DNA of 48,041 nt from Octopus bimaculoides (taxonomy: Eukaryota), in the NCBI RefSeq assembly GCF_001194135.2, contig NC_068994.1, positions 18,253,705-18,301,745 of the forward strand. Reading direction: 5' to 3'. The translations under genes and the position numbers were made by a program. The notes beneath the pieces are model-generated. The model saw nothing but the letters and a program-made list of their open reading frames with translations. It searched no databases and had not been told where the DNA came from. Shown here one piece after another: positions 10,662-22,319 of the stretch (the first letter of the stretch is position 1; each line of letters starts with the position of its first letter).

Positions 10662-11256
10662 AGTTTCATTTAGAACTATTAAACTAAAGTAGGGTGATCC
10701 AATATCTTGTCTTTATTGGCATCACCATAGATATAGAGCCTAACAACTGACCTGTGTTATTTAAAGTTTTTCTTAAAAGTTGTTATTATTATATATGCAC
10801 ACACACACATGCATGCATATATATGTGTGTGTGTTTGAAAAAATCAATAGAAATGGCTTTTCTATTCATTTTTTAAAGTATATAATACTGTACCAAGGAT
10901 TTTCTATTTCTTATTCTACTGTGTGTATATGTATGTATGAAATTACCATTGAAAATAGAAGAAATGTCTGCAAGTTATGATAATTATGTTGAATTTGTAA
11001 TAGGGTTAGGGTTAAAAAGTACCTGGAATGAAACAATGTTAATTCAAGTAAAAGTGTTGGAATTACATCACTTCTGATTTAATTTGGTGCATGTAAATCA
11101 AAATTTGAAAATACTGATAGAATAGAACATTAAGAAAGTCTTTACATGGAATTTTTTCAAGAAAATAAAATTGATTCAGTAAGAAATAATTGTATCAGGG
11201 ATGTAGTGTGTTAAGTTTAGTCTAAAGTATCAAGCTATTGCTTAGCATATCATCAA

Positions 11257-11471
11257 CCCTTTAGCATATAAACCAAATCATATCTGATCCAAATATTCTA
11301 CCTGTTTTATATTTAAATTGGCCAGATCTGGTCTCTCACACCTATCATATAGTGTCATTCTAAAAATAAATAATCACCTCCTTGAAATCTCGAAGCTACA
11401 AGACGATGCATAATTAATTCAAAACAATGTCAGCAAATAAGCATTACATTTGACAGAATAATCTGAATGCT
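11257..11471. mobile_element. piggyBac-like MITE family P1, right TIR truncated
   Basis: CCCTTTAGCAT start; interior alignable to 2829-3042; ends at ATCTGAATGCT. Confidence 0.75.
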
Positions 11472-11999
11472 TTGTATATATCATTAATATAATGACAGAA
11501 AAATTCTTAGAACTTACAAAATCTCATCAGCGAAGGACAATTAATTGTCAGCAGCTCTCACTACTACAAAAGTTTTATATTTTGTTTCTGTAATATATTT
11601 TCTGCTCATAATAAAAGTTTTCTTTTTAGCAGTAAAAGAACAACTTTGGAATTAATACCTTCTGCTTTATTTGTGTGTGTGTGTGGCTGAAATGTTTCCC
11701 AGATTATTTTTGCCTCTTTTTATTACCCCACTGAGATAGTGATAAAATAAATACATAACCAAGAAAAAGGAGGGAAAAGCGGGTTTGTTCTACATCTGGA
11801 CTGATTGAATACTTGACATAGCTCATAATTTTGAGTTCAAATCCTGCCTGAGCACATTTTTCAGTAAACTCATGCAACAAACTAGTATTTTTATACTTTC
11901 CATTCATTTAACACAACAAAAGCGAGGATATCATCTCTGAAGAATAAAAAACAAAAACCAAAAGGAGAAATTAGCTGTAAGATAGCATTATTGATATTT

Positions 12000-13759
12000 T
12001 TATTATCACCATTGCATCACTTTGGATTGAGTCTTTAAATTTGTTTGTGTTAAATTCCTAGCAATAACATCTATTAATTCTCTTTAGGCCTTAATAGCTT
12101 ATCCATAGTTAAGGCCTTGTAGAGTAAACCCAAGGTTCTTTTTTTGCTTGTTTGTTATTACATTGGAATATGAAGACATTGCAAATGAGAGATGTCAACT
12201 GATTCTATAAATTAATAGTAAGATAGTAACACAAATTAAGTAACATACCATGAACCCATTCATGATCATATTAATAGCCAAGAAAGCACTATTTGTTTCC
12301 ATTAGTTTTGAAAATGAATCAATCTTCTGCTCATAGCAAACTGGTAATTGGAAGAAAGAAAAAAAAGTTCCTAGATAAAACTATAATGGAATGTTTTAAA
12401 TATGAATTCTTGAAAATGTGAGGTGGTGCATCATGGAATCAGAGATGGTCTCATATGAGATGCTATCTAATAAGCTTAAATTTTTAGTTGACTTTTCAGT
12501 AAAGCAATTTCATAAAATTAAAGCTTAAAATTCAACAGGTTTTTTAAAAAATGTATTTTGTTGCACAATAACCAAAAAATGTGTTTCTGCAGTTTCTTAA
12601 AAAAATATTTTTACAATCTATTTTATCATTACAAGTAATTTCTTCTTCTCCTTTTTTTTTTTTTAAATATTTACATTTTTGTAGCTTAGAACTCTGGTTT
12701 CAGTAACTGTTTACTGATTCCGTATTTCTGTATTTTCTGCTTCATACATTTTGTCTCAGAAAGCGAAATGTGTTTGAAAAGAAATTTTGCAATAGCAAAA
12801 AAGAAAGAAAGAAAGAATTAAACACAAACACACAAAAAGTTTAACCAAAAAAAAAAAAAGAATTCCTAAAGCCACCTTAGGAATTACACTATAGTGTTTT
12901 CAAACCAACTGTGAAATGATTCTGAATATTAAGTTGATTATAATTAGTAGATTTATGTGACATTTTCAATAAGTTTGGAATAAAAAAACAAAAAAGACAA
13001 AAAGAAAATCTAAGACACACCTCATTACCATTCAGAAAACTTGTGTTTCAATTTTTTTTAGTTTCTGTTGTCGTTAGATTAAAATATATATAAAAAAAAA
13101 AATGCAATTAAGAACTGACTTCTGACTGTTAAATAAGGCTGTAATTTTTTCAAGATATATGTACATTCATGTATTGTGTGTGCGTGTGTGTGTTAATAAC
13201 AGAGTGCAATGTTAGTCATGTTAATATAGAATACTTACAGCTCCATTTCTTGAAGAGAAAAAAACTAAGCAAAATTCATTTTTTCCTTTATTTTTGAAAC
13301 ATTTTGCGACCGAAAAAAAAAAAAATAAAATGAAAAAGACTTTTTATTTTATATGTTATGTTTACAAATATAATTCTTTAATCCTATAATCCATTCTATA
13401 ATCATTTTATTGTTTGTTTGTTCATTCGTTTTGGAACCAGCCATTAATACTTCTGAAAGTGTTTGCTTGGAACCAGGGTCAGCGTAAACCAGCTGGTTTG
13501 TGGCTGCTGACCAATAGCGATATATCTGAAGTAAGGTACTCTTTGGAAGGAAGCTCTTTACACAAGTTGGGTGTAGTAATGCATGTATTGGTGAGAAATT
13601 GTCAAATTATAGATATTACCTGGACCGAGAACCCTCTGGAATCATACACCACACCAGAAACTTTTTGGATAAAATACAACCTTTCCCTTTGAATAACCTA
13701 CACTAAAGTAATGTTTGTTTATTTTTCAAAAAAAGATGCTTCTTTGTTTTGGAAACTTC
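12000..13759 (-). other. Putative long AU-rich 3' UTR of the neuralized-like gene (3' end undefined)
   Basis: Lies directly downstream of the stop codon; no recognisable TE, unlike the flanks; several minus-strand AATAAA (e.g. about 13406-13411). Extent is inference. Confidence 0.4.
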
Positions 13760-14418
13760 TCAAGAGCGAAATGTCTTGATAACATCTTTGATTTCCTGTC
13801 TGCATATGGGGCAGAGGGCGCCACGTTCCTGTTTCACAGCCAGAGCACATTCAAAACACATACACATGTGACCGCAGGTGTAGAGTACAGAGTTTATTGG
13901 ACGTTCATAACAGACGTTGCACTCATTGCTCTCATTGTCTACGATAGGACTATCATCGGAGGCCGAGCTATTTATGGAAGCCAGGCCAGAGTCGAAAGTT
14001 GAAGGGAAAGAGAGATAGGGGTTTGCTTGTCCTCCTCTGTTTTGATTTGAAGCAGACACTGGGAGGGCAGAGAAAGTGCTCATCAGACTCTGACCTTCAA
14101 CCGGCGATGTGTTGGCTGTAGTTTGGGACGTGTGGAATGATGTGGATGATGACGATGATGTTGATGAAGGAGGCATACTGAGACTGCGTAGTACCAATGT
14201 TGACATGGCTGCAGTTGGTGATGAAGGTGACAAGATGTTGTTGTTGTTGTTAGGATTGCTGTTGCTGATGGTGTTGTTGGCATGGTACTGGGTAGGTGTG
14301 GAAGGGGCAGTAGAAACACGAGGTGGCAGAGCTACTGTTAAACCACTACTACCACTGCTGTTAGCAATACAGGCAGAAGCTGGGCGTAACCTTCGAGTCT
14401 GAGAAGGGTTTGCTGATC
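13760..14418 (-). CDS. neur: Neuralized-family E3 ubiquitin ligase, terminal exon (Ser/Asn/Thr-rich linker and C-terminal C3HC4 RING)
   Basis: Polypyrimidine tract and ...TTTTTCAG acceptor at 14420-14419; open frame (G)SANPSQTRRLRPAS...GLTVALPP...ECNVCYERPINSVLYTCGHMCMCFECALAVKQERGALCPICRQEIKDVIKTFRS*; RING and terminal IKTxRS match neuralized/NEURL1; phase 1 fits the upstream exon. Confidence 0.95.
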
Positions 14419-14555
14419 CTGAAAAACAAAGAAGAGAAAAAAAAAATTTTAAATATGAAGAATAACTACAAAGTTAATAATTATGAAGATTTTAAATGTC
14501 CCCTCTCCCTACACCTCTTATTGCATTGTTGGATCGACTTTAAGTAGATAAACAG

Positions 14556-14790
14556 GCACAGTTGTATGGATAAAAAGTTTGTTTTACAATCACAAGGTTC
14601 TGGGTTCAATTCTATTTTGCAGTACTTTGGGCAAGTGTTTCGTGTGGGCTAAAACTTTATTTGTAGAATTTGACAGATGAAAACAAATATGTTTGGAGAT
14701 GCTGACATGGCTGTAACAATTAAGAAGCTCATTTTAAAACCATGTGGTTTTGGGTTCAGTCCTACTGCGTAGCACCTTGGACAAATGCAA
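14556..14790 (+). mobile_element. Two decayed SINE family B heads in tandem
   Basis: GGTTCTGGGTTCAATTC...TTTGGGCAAGTG and GGTTTTGGGTTCAGTCC...CACCTTGGACAAATG. Confidence 0.6.
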
Positions 14791-14859
14791 ATGTAAATTA
14801 GCAAATGATATAAGCATTAGCAAGTAAGCCTACCAAAAAAATGGTGTGTTATCCTTTAT

Positions 14860-15070
14860 ATTTTGCTTGTTTCATTCACTGGTCTGTGGCCAAGCTAAGG
14901 CATTGCCTTGAAAGGTTTAGGGCAAAAAAAATTTACCCCAGTATTTATTTTTAAGCCTGGTACTTAAGCCATTGTCTTCTTTTGCCAAACCACTAAATTA
15001 TGGGAATGCAAACAAACCAACACCAGTTGTCAAGTAGTGGTGGGGACCCAATACTAACATGTGTGTGTGT
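14860..15070 (-). mobile_element. SINE family B, 3' half
   Basis: Alignable to 46131-46340. Confidence 0.75.
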
Positions 15071-15099
15071 TTACTGTAATGATAATAGTGTTACAGATT

Positions 15100-15399
15100 A
15101 AAGGGTAAAGATCCCCTTCAGTCATGAATGACCATGGGATTGCACCTAGAAAGTTCCCCTACTGAGGCACAAGTCCAGCAAGGTTGTTTATAGAAGACCA
15201 GCAGTCGCCCATGCATACCAACCTTTCTTTACACTACTGATGTTATCCAAGGGAAAAAAGCAAAGGCCAATACAGCTTGGTACCAGTAACATAGTAACTC
15301 ATATTTACAGATAAATGAACACAGTCTGGTCTGGGAATCAAACTCACTACCTCATGATTATGAGCCTGACACTCTAATCACTGAGCCATGTGCCCTCAC
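15100..15399 (-). mobile_element. tRNA-derived SINE (family F) with target-site duplication
   Basis: Minus-strand head GTGAGGGCACATGGCTCAGTGATTAGAG (A box) and GAGTTTGATTCCC (B box); 14-bp TSD with 2 mismatches, TAGTGTTACAGATT 15086-15099 / TATTGATACAGATT 15400-15413. Confidence 0.8.
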
Positions 15400-15599
15400 T
15401 ATTGATACAGATTCAAGGTTCACTAAATAGTTATTACTACCTTCCTTTCTGCAAGCTTTGGGATTGTTGTTATTCTAATTTTTTTTCCTCTCTTTCCTGT
15501 ATTATTATCTTTTAAATAATTATTTCTAACAAAGGAAAACCTGCCTCTAAAAATTCTGACCCATGCAATCATGGAAAAGTGGATGTTAAAATGAAGATG

Positions 15600-15806
15600 A
15601 TAGGCACAAGGCTACAAATTTAATAGGAGCAGTTCTTTGGTTAAATCAAACCTGTACTTGATTGGTACTTTATTTTATCCACTCCAGAGAGATGAAAGAC
15701 AAAGTTGACCTTGGCAGTATTTGAACTTAGAATGTCAAGATCAGAAATTAATATTACAAGGCATTTTTGTTTAGCACTCTAATGATTTTGTTAATCCACT
15801 GCCTCT
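15600..15806 (-). mobile_element. SINE family A, decayed
   Basis: GGCACAAGGC...GGTACTT.ATTTTAT...GATGAAAG.CAAAGTTGACCTTGGC...TTTGAAC. Confidence 0.75.
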
Positions 15807-15984
15807 TTTATTCTTATACATAATGCTAGGAATAGATGGAACTAAGGATAGACTACATCAACATATACCTAAGGCCCTTCCAACTCAGTGAGTTATTTGA
15901 CTCATAATCATATTGTCAACGGAGATCCTAGTCTTACAAACTACAGGGCAGCTTCTTTAGTGATAGCGCCTTGAAAAATGCACT

Positions 15985-16335
15985 CTATGAGTGGTTAGCA
16001 TTAGGAAAAGAACCAGGTGTAGAAACCATGCCAAGGCAGACATTGGAGCACAATGCAGTCTTCTGACCAGTTGGACCCTGTTAAACCATCCAACCATGCT
16101 AGCACGGAAGACAGATGTTGAAATATAATTACATCTCCTTACTTAAGACCTTCAGTGAATACATTTCACACACATGCATATATATAATATAAGTGTTAGG
16201 AAGGGCATCCAGCCATAAAAACCATGCCAAAACAGACACAGAAGTCTGGTGCAGTCTTCTGCTTAGCCAACTCTTATCAAACCAACCAACCCATGCCAAT
16301 ATGGAAAGCAGACGTTAAATGATGATGATGATATT
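15985..16335 (+). mobile_element. Two consecutive 5'-truncated family C repeats
   Basis: Each has GGAAGGGCATCCAGCC..AAACCATGCC...CCCATGC...GGAA..CAGA.GTT.AA; the second ends in a (GAT)n tail. Confidence 0.8.
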
Positions 16336-16665
16336 GAAGGCTGATCTCTAAACGCTGAACCCTATGAAAGAGATAACGGAGGACCGAGATAAGTGGTGTA
16401 TTGGTGTACTTGAGAAGACCCACCCACCACAACAGAACTGAGATCCTAAAACCAAGGTGCTACATAAAAAGATGGTGTGGGAGCTGGTGTCATGTAAAAG
16501 ACACCCAGTATACTCCGTGGAGTGGTTGGCATTAGGAAGAGCATCCAACCATAGAAACCAAGCCAAAACAGACTGTGTGGCACTTGGGCTTGCTAGTTCC
16601 TGTCAAGACATCCAACCCATGTCAGCATGGAAAACAGTTGTTAAATATTGATGATGATGATGACA
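16336..16665 (+). mobile_element. RTE LINE 3' end: last codons of the ORF followed by the family C sequence and (GAT)n tail
   Basis: Translation LKADL*TLNPMKEITEDRDKWCIGVLEKTHPPQQN* resembles the RTE C-terminal DL..L.L...DR..W motif and runs directly into family C. Confidence 0.7.
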
Positions 16666-18593
16666 ATGATATGTCAGCCAAGCTACTTAAAATCCCAGTT
16701 CTCCCTCTAATGAATCCTACTGTGCAGACTGAAAGCTACTAGTATACCTATTACTTAGAGTATATATGTGTGTGAGAGAGAGGACAGGAAGATCTAAGCT
16801 ATATAAACGTTAGATCCAAATGTCTGTTTACAATATTATTTGCAGAGCTTTCATTTGATATCATTATTTAGCACAATCTTCATTTAGATTTCTTTTTCAA
16901 TTGATACATGTCTAAGTTGAAACAAGCAGCTGAAGAAGAAATGAAAGGAAACAAAAAGAAAAAGTAAAACGGGACCAAAATGGAAATTTAAATAAATATT
17001 ATTGTCGTAAAACGAATCCAGCTAAATCATAACCTTAGGAGGATTTGGAATAAAGAAGCTAGACACACTAATACAATCTTTGATAGGTTGCCAGTTAACA
17101 AAACATTGGCTACAAATTAAATAGATGAAGAAATTGAAAGACGAATACACAAGAGAGAATTCCTGGCTTGTAAAATCTGGAATCTTTACAACTCAACAGA
17201 TTTTAGTGACTTCTGAGCAAGTATCCATATTTTTAGATTTAAGTAGCACTAACATATTTCTTTTATTCTACTGTTGATTTAAATTTTCTTCTGCTATGGT
17301 ATTATGTGATACTGTAGACACCTAAGTTCTAGAGTATTTTCTTTATTGTGTTACTATTCTGAATAAGAAAGGCACTACTCAGCCTTTTGTGCAGTCACGT
17401 TAATTTTGATCATTGTCAGTTTATAGCTAGAGAATTTTAGGATATACTTTTGATATTGCAATGCATAAAGCTCAAATGATCAGTATAATCATATATTGTC
17501 ATATATATCCCACTCTAGAAGATTCCAGGATATGTTCTTAGTGTAATTATATAGAAGACTCTGGATCTTAGCGAACTTCTTGAAATATTTCTGGTATAAC
17601 TACATATATTAGACTATTTACTAATCTTTCTGACAATATTCAAATGTAGTCAGTTCATATACTGGATTGGTAATGAACATTTAATTACTCCTAGAATTTA
17701 TGTATTTATTGTTTTTTTCTAATAGAGATTTTAGAATGAAGGTAGGAAGGAGAACAAGATAGTATGATGGTCATGCTTTTCCAGCAGAATAAGTGAAATG
17801 GACTTGCATCAACTGAGAAACAAAACAGTGTTGCATTATTGATCCAACAGGAATTTATTCCCTTCTCTAGAATACTTGCCTTCAAACTTCAAAAAATTCA
17901 TATTGGATTTGTTCAAATATTTTAAAGATTACTTGGAATTTTAATGATTGCTTGGATTAAAGGTCACTTGGAATAGATCAACACAATTCAATAATTTCTA
18001 ATGAAATAACACAAATAGTCTTATTTCAAAACAAATTCTGTAATTTTAAGAAAAAATTATTAATACTAAAGGCACTCAGCTGTTTAAACCATGCCCAAAA
18101 TGAAATGGTTGAGTGAGATGTGGTCCTGCTATCCATTGGGAATAGGTTGTGGGGACAGCAAGCCTGAATAAGAACTGACACAAACTGTTAAGACCTGACC
18201 AACTCATGCTAGCTAGGAAAAACTGATGATGATGATGCTCAAAGTAAAAGGAAGACCAAAGTCACTCTAGTTTAAGATCATTTCTGTTTTTCAATCTACA
18301 CTTGAAGTATGTTTTTCTATAAGCTTACCCATTATGTATCACATTTAAACTAGTAGAGTATATCATAGGAAATTCTTGTCAAGGAAATAAAAAACTAGAT
18401 GGCACAAATTATCTAGAAATTTGTTTTATCAGCAAGTGTAATTTCTAGTGAACATTAGTTGAATTCAGAGAGTTATGTAAACCAATGATGGTAGAAAGAT
18501 GGTGAACAGAAATAATGAAATGTTGGAGGAGGAGTACCAGGAAACTTTGAGATGATGCCAAATTTGAAATGATATATATTAATTATTACTTAC

Positions 18594-18713
18594 CAAGTAT
18601 TTTTATTTTCTGAACGTTGCCATAAACATCAAAAAACATCCACAATGGCAATGTAGGGTCAACATGCATCAATGTGGTCATTTTGCTGGTATTTCTTGCA
18701 TAGCGGACTTCAC
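18594..18713 (-). CDS. neur: Neuralized-family E3 ligase, penultimate exon (C-terminal part of the NHR/Neuralized domain)
   Basis: Acceptor ...TTAATTTCAG (18715-18714), donor GTAAGT (18593-18588); 120 nt, phase 1/1; (G)EVRYARNTSKMTTLMHVDPTLPLWMFFDVYGNVQKIKIL(G) matches the NHR motif MHVD...LW.F.DVYG. Confidence 0.95.
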
Positions 18714-18899
18714 CTGAAATTAATAGAAACAAAAAAAAAAAATTTTAATAGGGTCTTTTTAAAATACTAAACAAAATAATATACAGAAGTGGTCATGACA
18801 TGTCTGATTTTACAGAGAGATTCTTGTTATTATCCAGTATCCCTTTCCATACAATTTCTGCGCTAATATACACAGTTACTAGCAAGCTCAATTGCTATG

Positions 18900-19125
18900 T
18901 GGAGGTAAGTGGCTTAGTGGTTAGGGTGTTGGACTCATGATTATAAGAGTGAGGTTTTGATTCCTGGGCAAGAAAAACATTTCATTTCATTTCATGTTGC
19001 TCCAGTCCACTCAGCTGGCAAAAATAAGTAATCCTGCAACAGACCAATGTCCTGTCCAGGTGGGGAATATATATGCCATGGAAACCGGGAGAATGGCCCT
19101 TATGAGTCTAGATGACTTGGGAACA
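18900..19125 (+). mobile_element. tRNA-derived SINE (family I)
   Basis: A box TGGCTTAGTGG, B-box-like GGTTTTGATTCC, core TTGCTCCAGTCCACTCAGCTGG, distinct tail ending CTTTACTCTGCTTTACT. Confidence 0.75.
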
Positions 19126-19242
19126 AACTTTACTCTGCTTTACTCGCTATGCTATGCTGGGAAACAATTATAGAATTCATTTACTACTAGCAAGGGGTTG
19201 CCTGGACATGACTAATGATAACTAAGCAACAAAATTTATTAA

Positions 19243-19463
19243 CCCTTTCGGTACCATATTTCTGTTGAGATCCTCTGTCTGTACTTTGATTAAGTTTGAA
19301 AATAATGAAGAATTTAATAAGATAACATTGTCGTTATTAAGTGGTATTTGGATTATAAACTAATACTAAGTTTTGATGGAGGATTTTAATTCAGAAGTCT
19401 TGAAAGCAAGATATTTGTACCATAGAGACAGAAGTGGTCTCAGATGGGTTAGTATCAAAAGGG
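19243..19463. mobile_element. TTAA-type piggyBac-like MITE, family P2
   Basis: TTAA + CCCTTTCGGTACCA at left; TAGTATCAAAAGGG + TTGA at right (imperfect TIR and TSD); interior differs from family P1. Confidence 0.7.
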
Positions 19464-19604
19464 TTGATCCTCTCAAATATAAAACATGTAAACTTAAATC
19501 ATAACAGATATCATCATGCAATTAACCTGACACTTCCTAAAATTGCTGGCCTTGTGCCAAAAGTTTAAACCATTATTATCATTATTATTATTTTAATACA
19601 ATTT

Positions 19605-19926
19605 GTGAAGGCATGCGGCTTAGTGGTTAGGGAGTTCAGCTCACGATTGTAAGGATGTGAGTTCAATTCCTGGTGACACGTGTCTCTGAGCAAGACACTT
19701 AATTTCATGTTGCACCAGTCCACTCAGCTTGCAAAAAGATGAGTAGTACCTGTATTTCAAAGGGCCAGTCTTGTCACACTGTGTCATGTTGAATCTCCCT
19801 GAGAACTATGTTAAGGATACATATGTCTGTGGAGTGCTCGGTCACATGCATGTTCATTTCACGAGCAAGTTGTTCCATTAGTCAGATCAACTGGAACCTT
19901 CGTCATTGTGACCAACGGAGTGCCAG
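19605..19926 (+). mobile_element. tRNA-derived SINE (family H) with 10-bp TSD
   Basis: A box, B box GAGTTCAATTCC; TSD AATACAATTT at 19595-19604 and 19927-19936; 3' about 185 nt homologous to the tail of 32124-32509. Confidence 0.88.
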
Positions 19927-20265
19927 AATACAATTTATTGTGATATTATTATTGGGTCTGTAAATGTGGCACAGATGATAATGTGTTGATCAGTAATTAA
20001 TTTCATCGATTAATGATGGAGTTCAAATCCTATCAGTCAGTTTCAACACTGAATCTTATCTAACTTTTGGTCTCCAGAAATTATTTACTACACTCAGTTC
20101 AATAGACTACAGCTGCTTCAACACATTGTGTGTGTGTGTGTGTGAAGGTTTAAATTATATTATGTAATAGAAATTTGTACAAGGTCATAGGAGTTATACC
20201 AAGTGACAAAGTAGGTGGAATGACAACAGAATTTTTTGTTTATTATACAGGATGACTGCTTTTAA

Positions 20266-20485
20266 CCCTTTAGTGTTCAGATTACTCTGTTAAATGTAAT
20301 ACTTTTTCACTCAAATTGTTTTGAATTAATCATGTATTATCTTATAGCTTTGAGGTTTCAATGATGTGATTGTTCATTTTTAGAATGTCAATGTAGGTTA
20401 GGTGTGAGAGGCTAGATATGGCCAGTTTGAATGTAAAACATGTAGAATATCTGGGCCAGATATGGCCGGTTTAAACACTAAAGGG
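20266..20485. mobile_element. Complete piggyBac-like MITE family P1 (220 bp)
   Basis: Perfect 12-bp TIR CCCTTTAGTGTT / AACACTAAAGGG with TTAA on both sides (20262-20265, 20486-20489). Confidence 0.92.
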
Positions 20486-20685
20486 TTAAACAGTGAAATC
20501 AACTTCTCATTTAAACTTCTTTATGCTTTAATAAGTTAAATAAGTACAACTTTCTACCAGAGAATATAAAATTAGGTTGAGGAGAAACAAGGAGTATATG
20601 TATACATTGAAATGAGGAGTAACAATTAAATGTAATTAATAAATACAAACTGCAACTGAAGGCAACATAAGATCTAATTATTGAG

Positions 20686-21135
20686 AATAATAATAATCCT
20701 TTCTACTAAAGGTACAAGGCCTGAAATTTTGAGGGAAGAGACTAGTTTATTACATTGACCCCAGCATTCCACTGGTACTTATTTTATTGACTCTGAAAAG
20801 ATGAAAGGCAAAGTTGACCTCGGCAGAATTTGAACTCAGAACATGATGACTGACAAAATACCACCAAGAATTTCAACCAGTGTGCTAATGATTCTACTAG
20901 TTCACAGCCCTAATAATAATAATAATGGTTTCAAATTTTGACACAAGGCCTGTAATTTTTTTTTGGGGGGGGTGCTAAGTTGATTAAATTAACCCCAGTA
21001 CTCAATTGATACTTATTTTATCGACCCTGAAAGGACGAAAGGCAAAGTCAACACTGGCAGCATTTGAACCCAGAACATAAAGATGAATGAAATGCTGCTA
21101 AGCATTTCGCCTGGCATGCAAATGATTCTGCCAGC
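20686..21135 (-). mobile_element. Two tandem SINE family A copies with different tails (20686-20910; 20912-21135)
   Basis: Both carry GGTACTTATTTTAT.GAC.C.GAAA.GATGAAAGGCAAAGT.GAC and a TTTGAAC B-box complement; tails CCTTTCTACTA versus GGTTTCAAATTTTG. Confidence 0.88.
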
Positions 21136-21779
21136 ATGGACAACAGTTGTTGAATGATGCTGATGTGAGTGAACCAATAGCTTGTGGGTTTCATAGACAG
21201 AAACTGTGCAAGAATTTGTTGTACATCATCTATCTACACATGTATGTATGTGTGTATACATTGCACATATCTAATTACATGCTTGGTTAAGCTACAGTTT
21301 GAGAGAGAACTCAATAAATTCAAAATGAAGATTGTATTTATTAAAAGCAGTATCTTTACAGGCTGCAAATTTCTTTCACTATTTCAATGCACTTCAGAAA
21401 TATTTTTGGAGAGCTAGGGAAAGGAGCAAAATATCAATCTGTAATCCATAAAATATTGACTACATAATCTGTCTGTATACATACATACATACATACATAG
21501 ATACATCTAGACATGAAAATATATACATAAAAACGCATCCATAAAACAAACATACAAATCTGCGCATACACTAACACCAAATACTGCACACACACACATA
21601 TACACAAATACCTAGATGATGTTGATAAAAGTTCCAATGAAGGAGCCTTGAATCTATGTTAGAGTCCGGCTCTTTCTCTATTGGCAAGAAATACAGAAAT
21701 GAAACAGATTGATAACACATACATACATGCATGCATGCATGCATACATACATGCATGCATGCATGCATACATACATACG

Positions 21780-21965
21780 TCATTGTCACCATCAACATTT
21801 AATGTCTGTTTTTCATGCTGACATGGTTGGATGACTTGATAGGAACTGGCAAGACCAGGGCTGCACCAGGTTCCATAGTCTGTTTTGACTTAGTTTTATA
21901 CAGCTGGATGCCCTTCCTAATGTCAACCACTTTACAGAGTGTACTGGGTGCTTTTACTTGGTATC
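21780..21965 (-). mobile_element. Family C repeat, preceded by an (ATGC/ATAC)n microsatellite at 21716-21778
   Basis: CATTTAATGTC...TTTCATGCTG...CAGCTGGATGCCCTTCCTAATGTCAACCAC. Confidence 0.8.
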
Positions 21966-22265
21966 ACTACCAATACTTTCTAAGTATACACACAAACACG
22001 CATGTGCGCACGCACACACACACACACTATTCTGTTACTGGTGGGATCAACAAAAGTGTACTCCATTCAGTGAGAGATAAATATTATTTAATAAACACAG
22101 GATTTTAAATGTGAGCTACAAGTTTCATGCTCTAATAGTCAGATGAGTTTGTATAGCATGCTAGCCAAAGCTAAGCTCATCTGATTATTTTACTAACAGA
22201 GCATAATACTTAAAGTGCCCACGTTCAAATCCTGTGCTTATTAAAATGATTATATATATTTGTGT

Positions 22266-22319
<54 letters not shown>

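Noticed and set aside
11000-11014. TAGGGTTAGGGTT telomere-like repeat
   Set aside because: Only two units; expected by chance.
13715-14402. Plus-strand ORFs 13715-14002 and 14109-14402 and minus ORF 14083-14319
   Set aside because: Shadow frames of the neur exon; no recognisable domain.
17000-17230. LGGFGIKKL peptide reminiscent of L1/Tx1 post-RT GGLG motif
   Set aside because: A single short motif amid stops; insufficient support.
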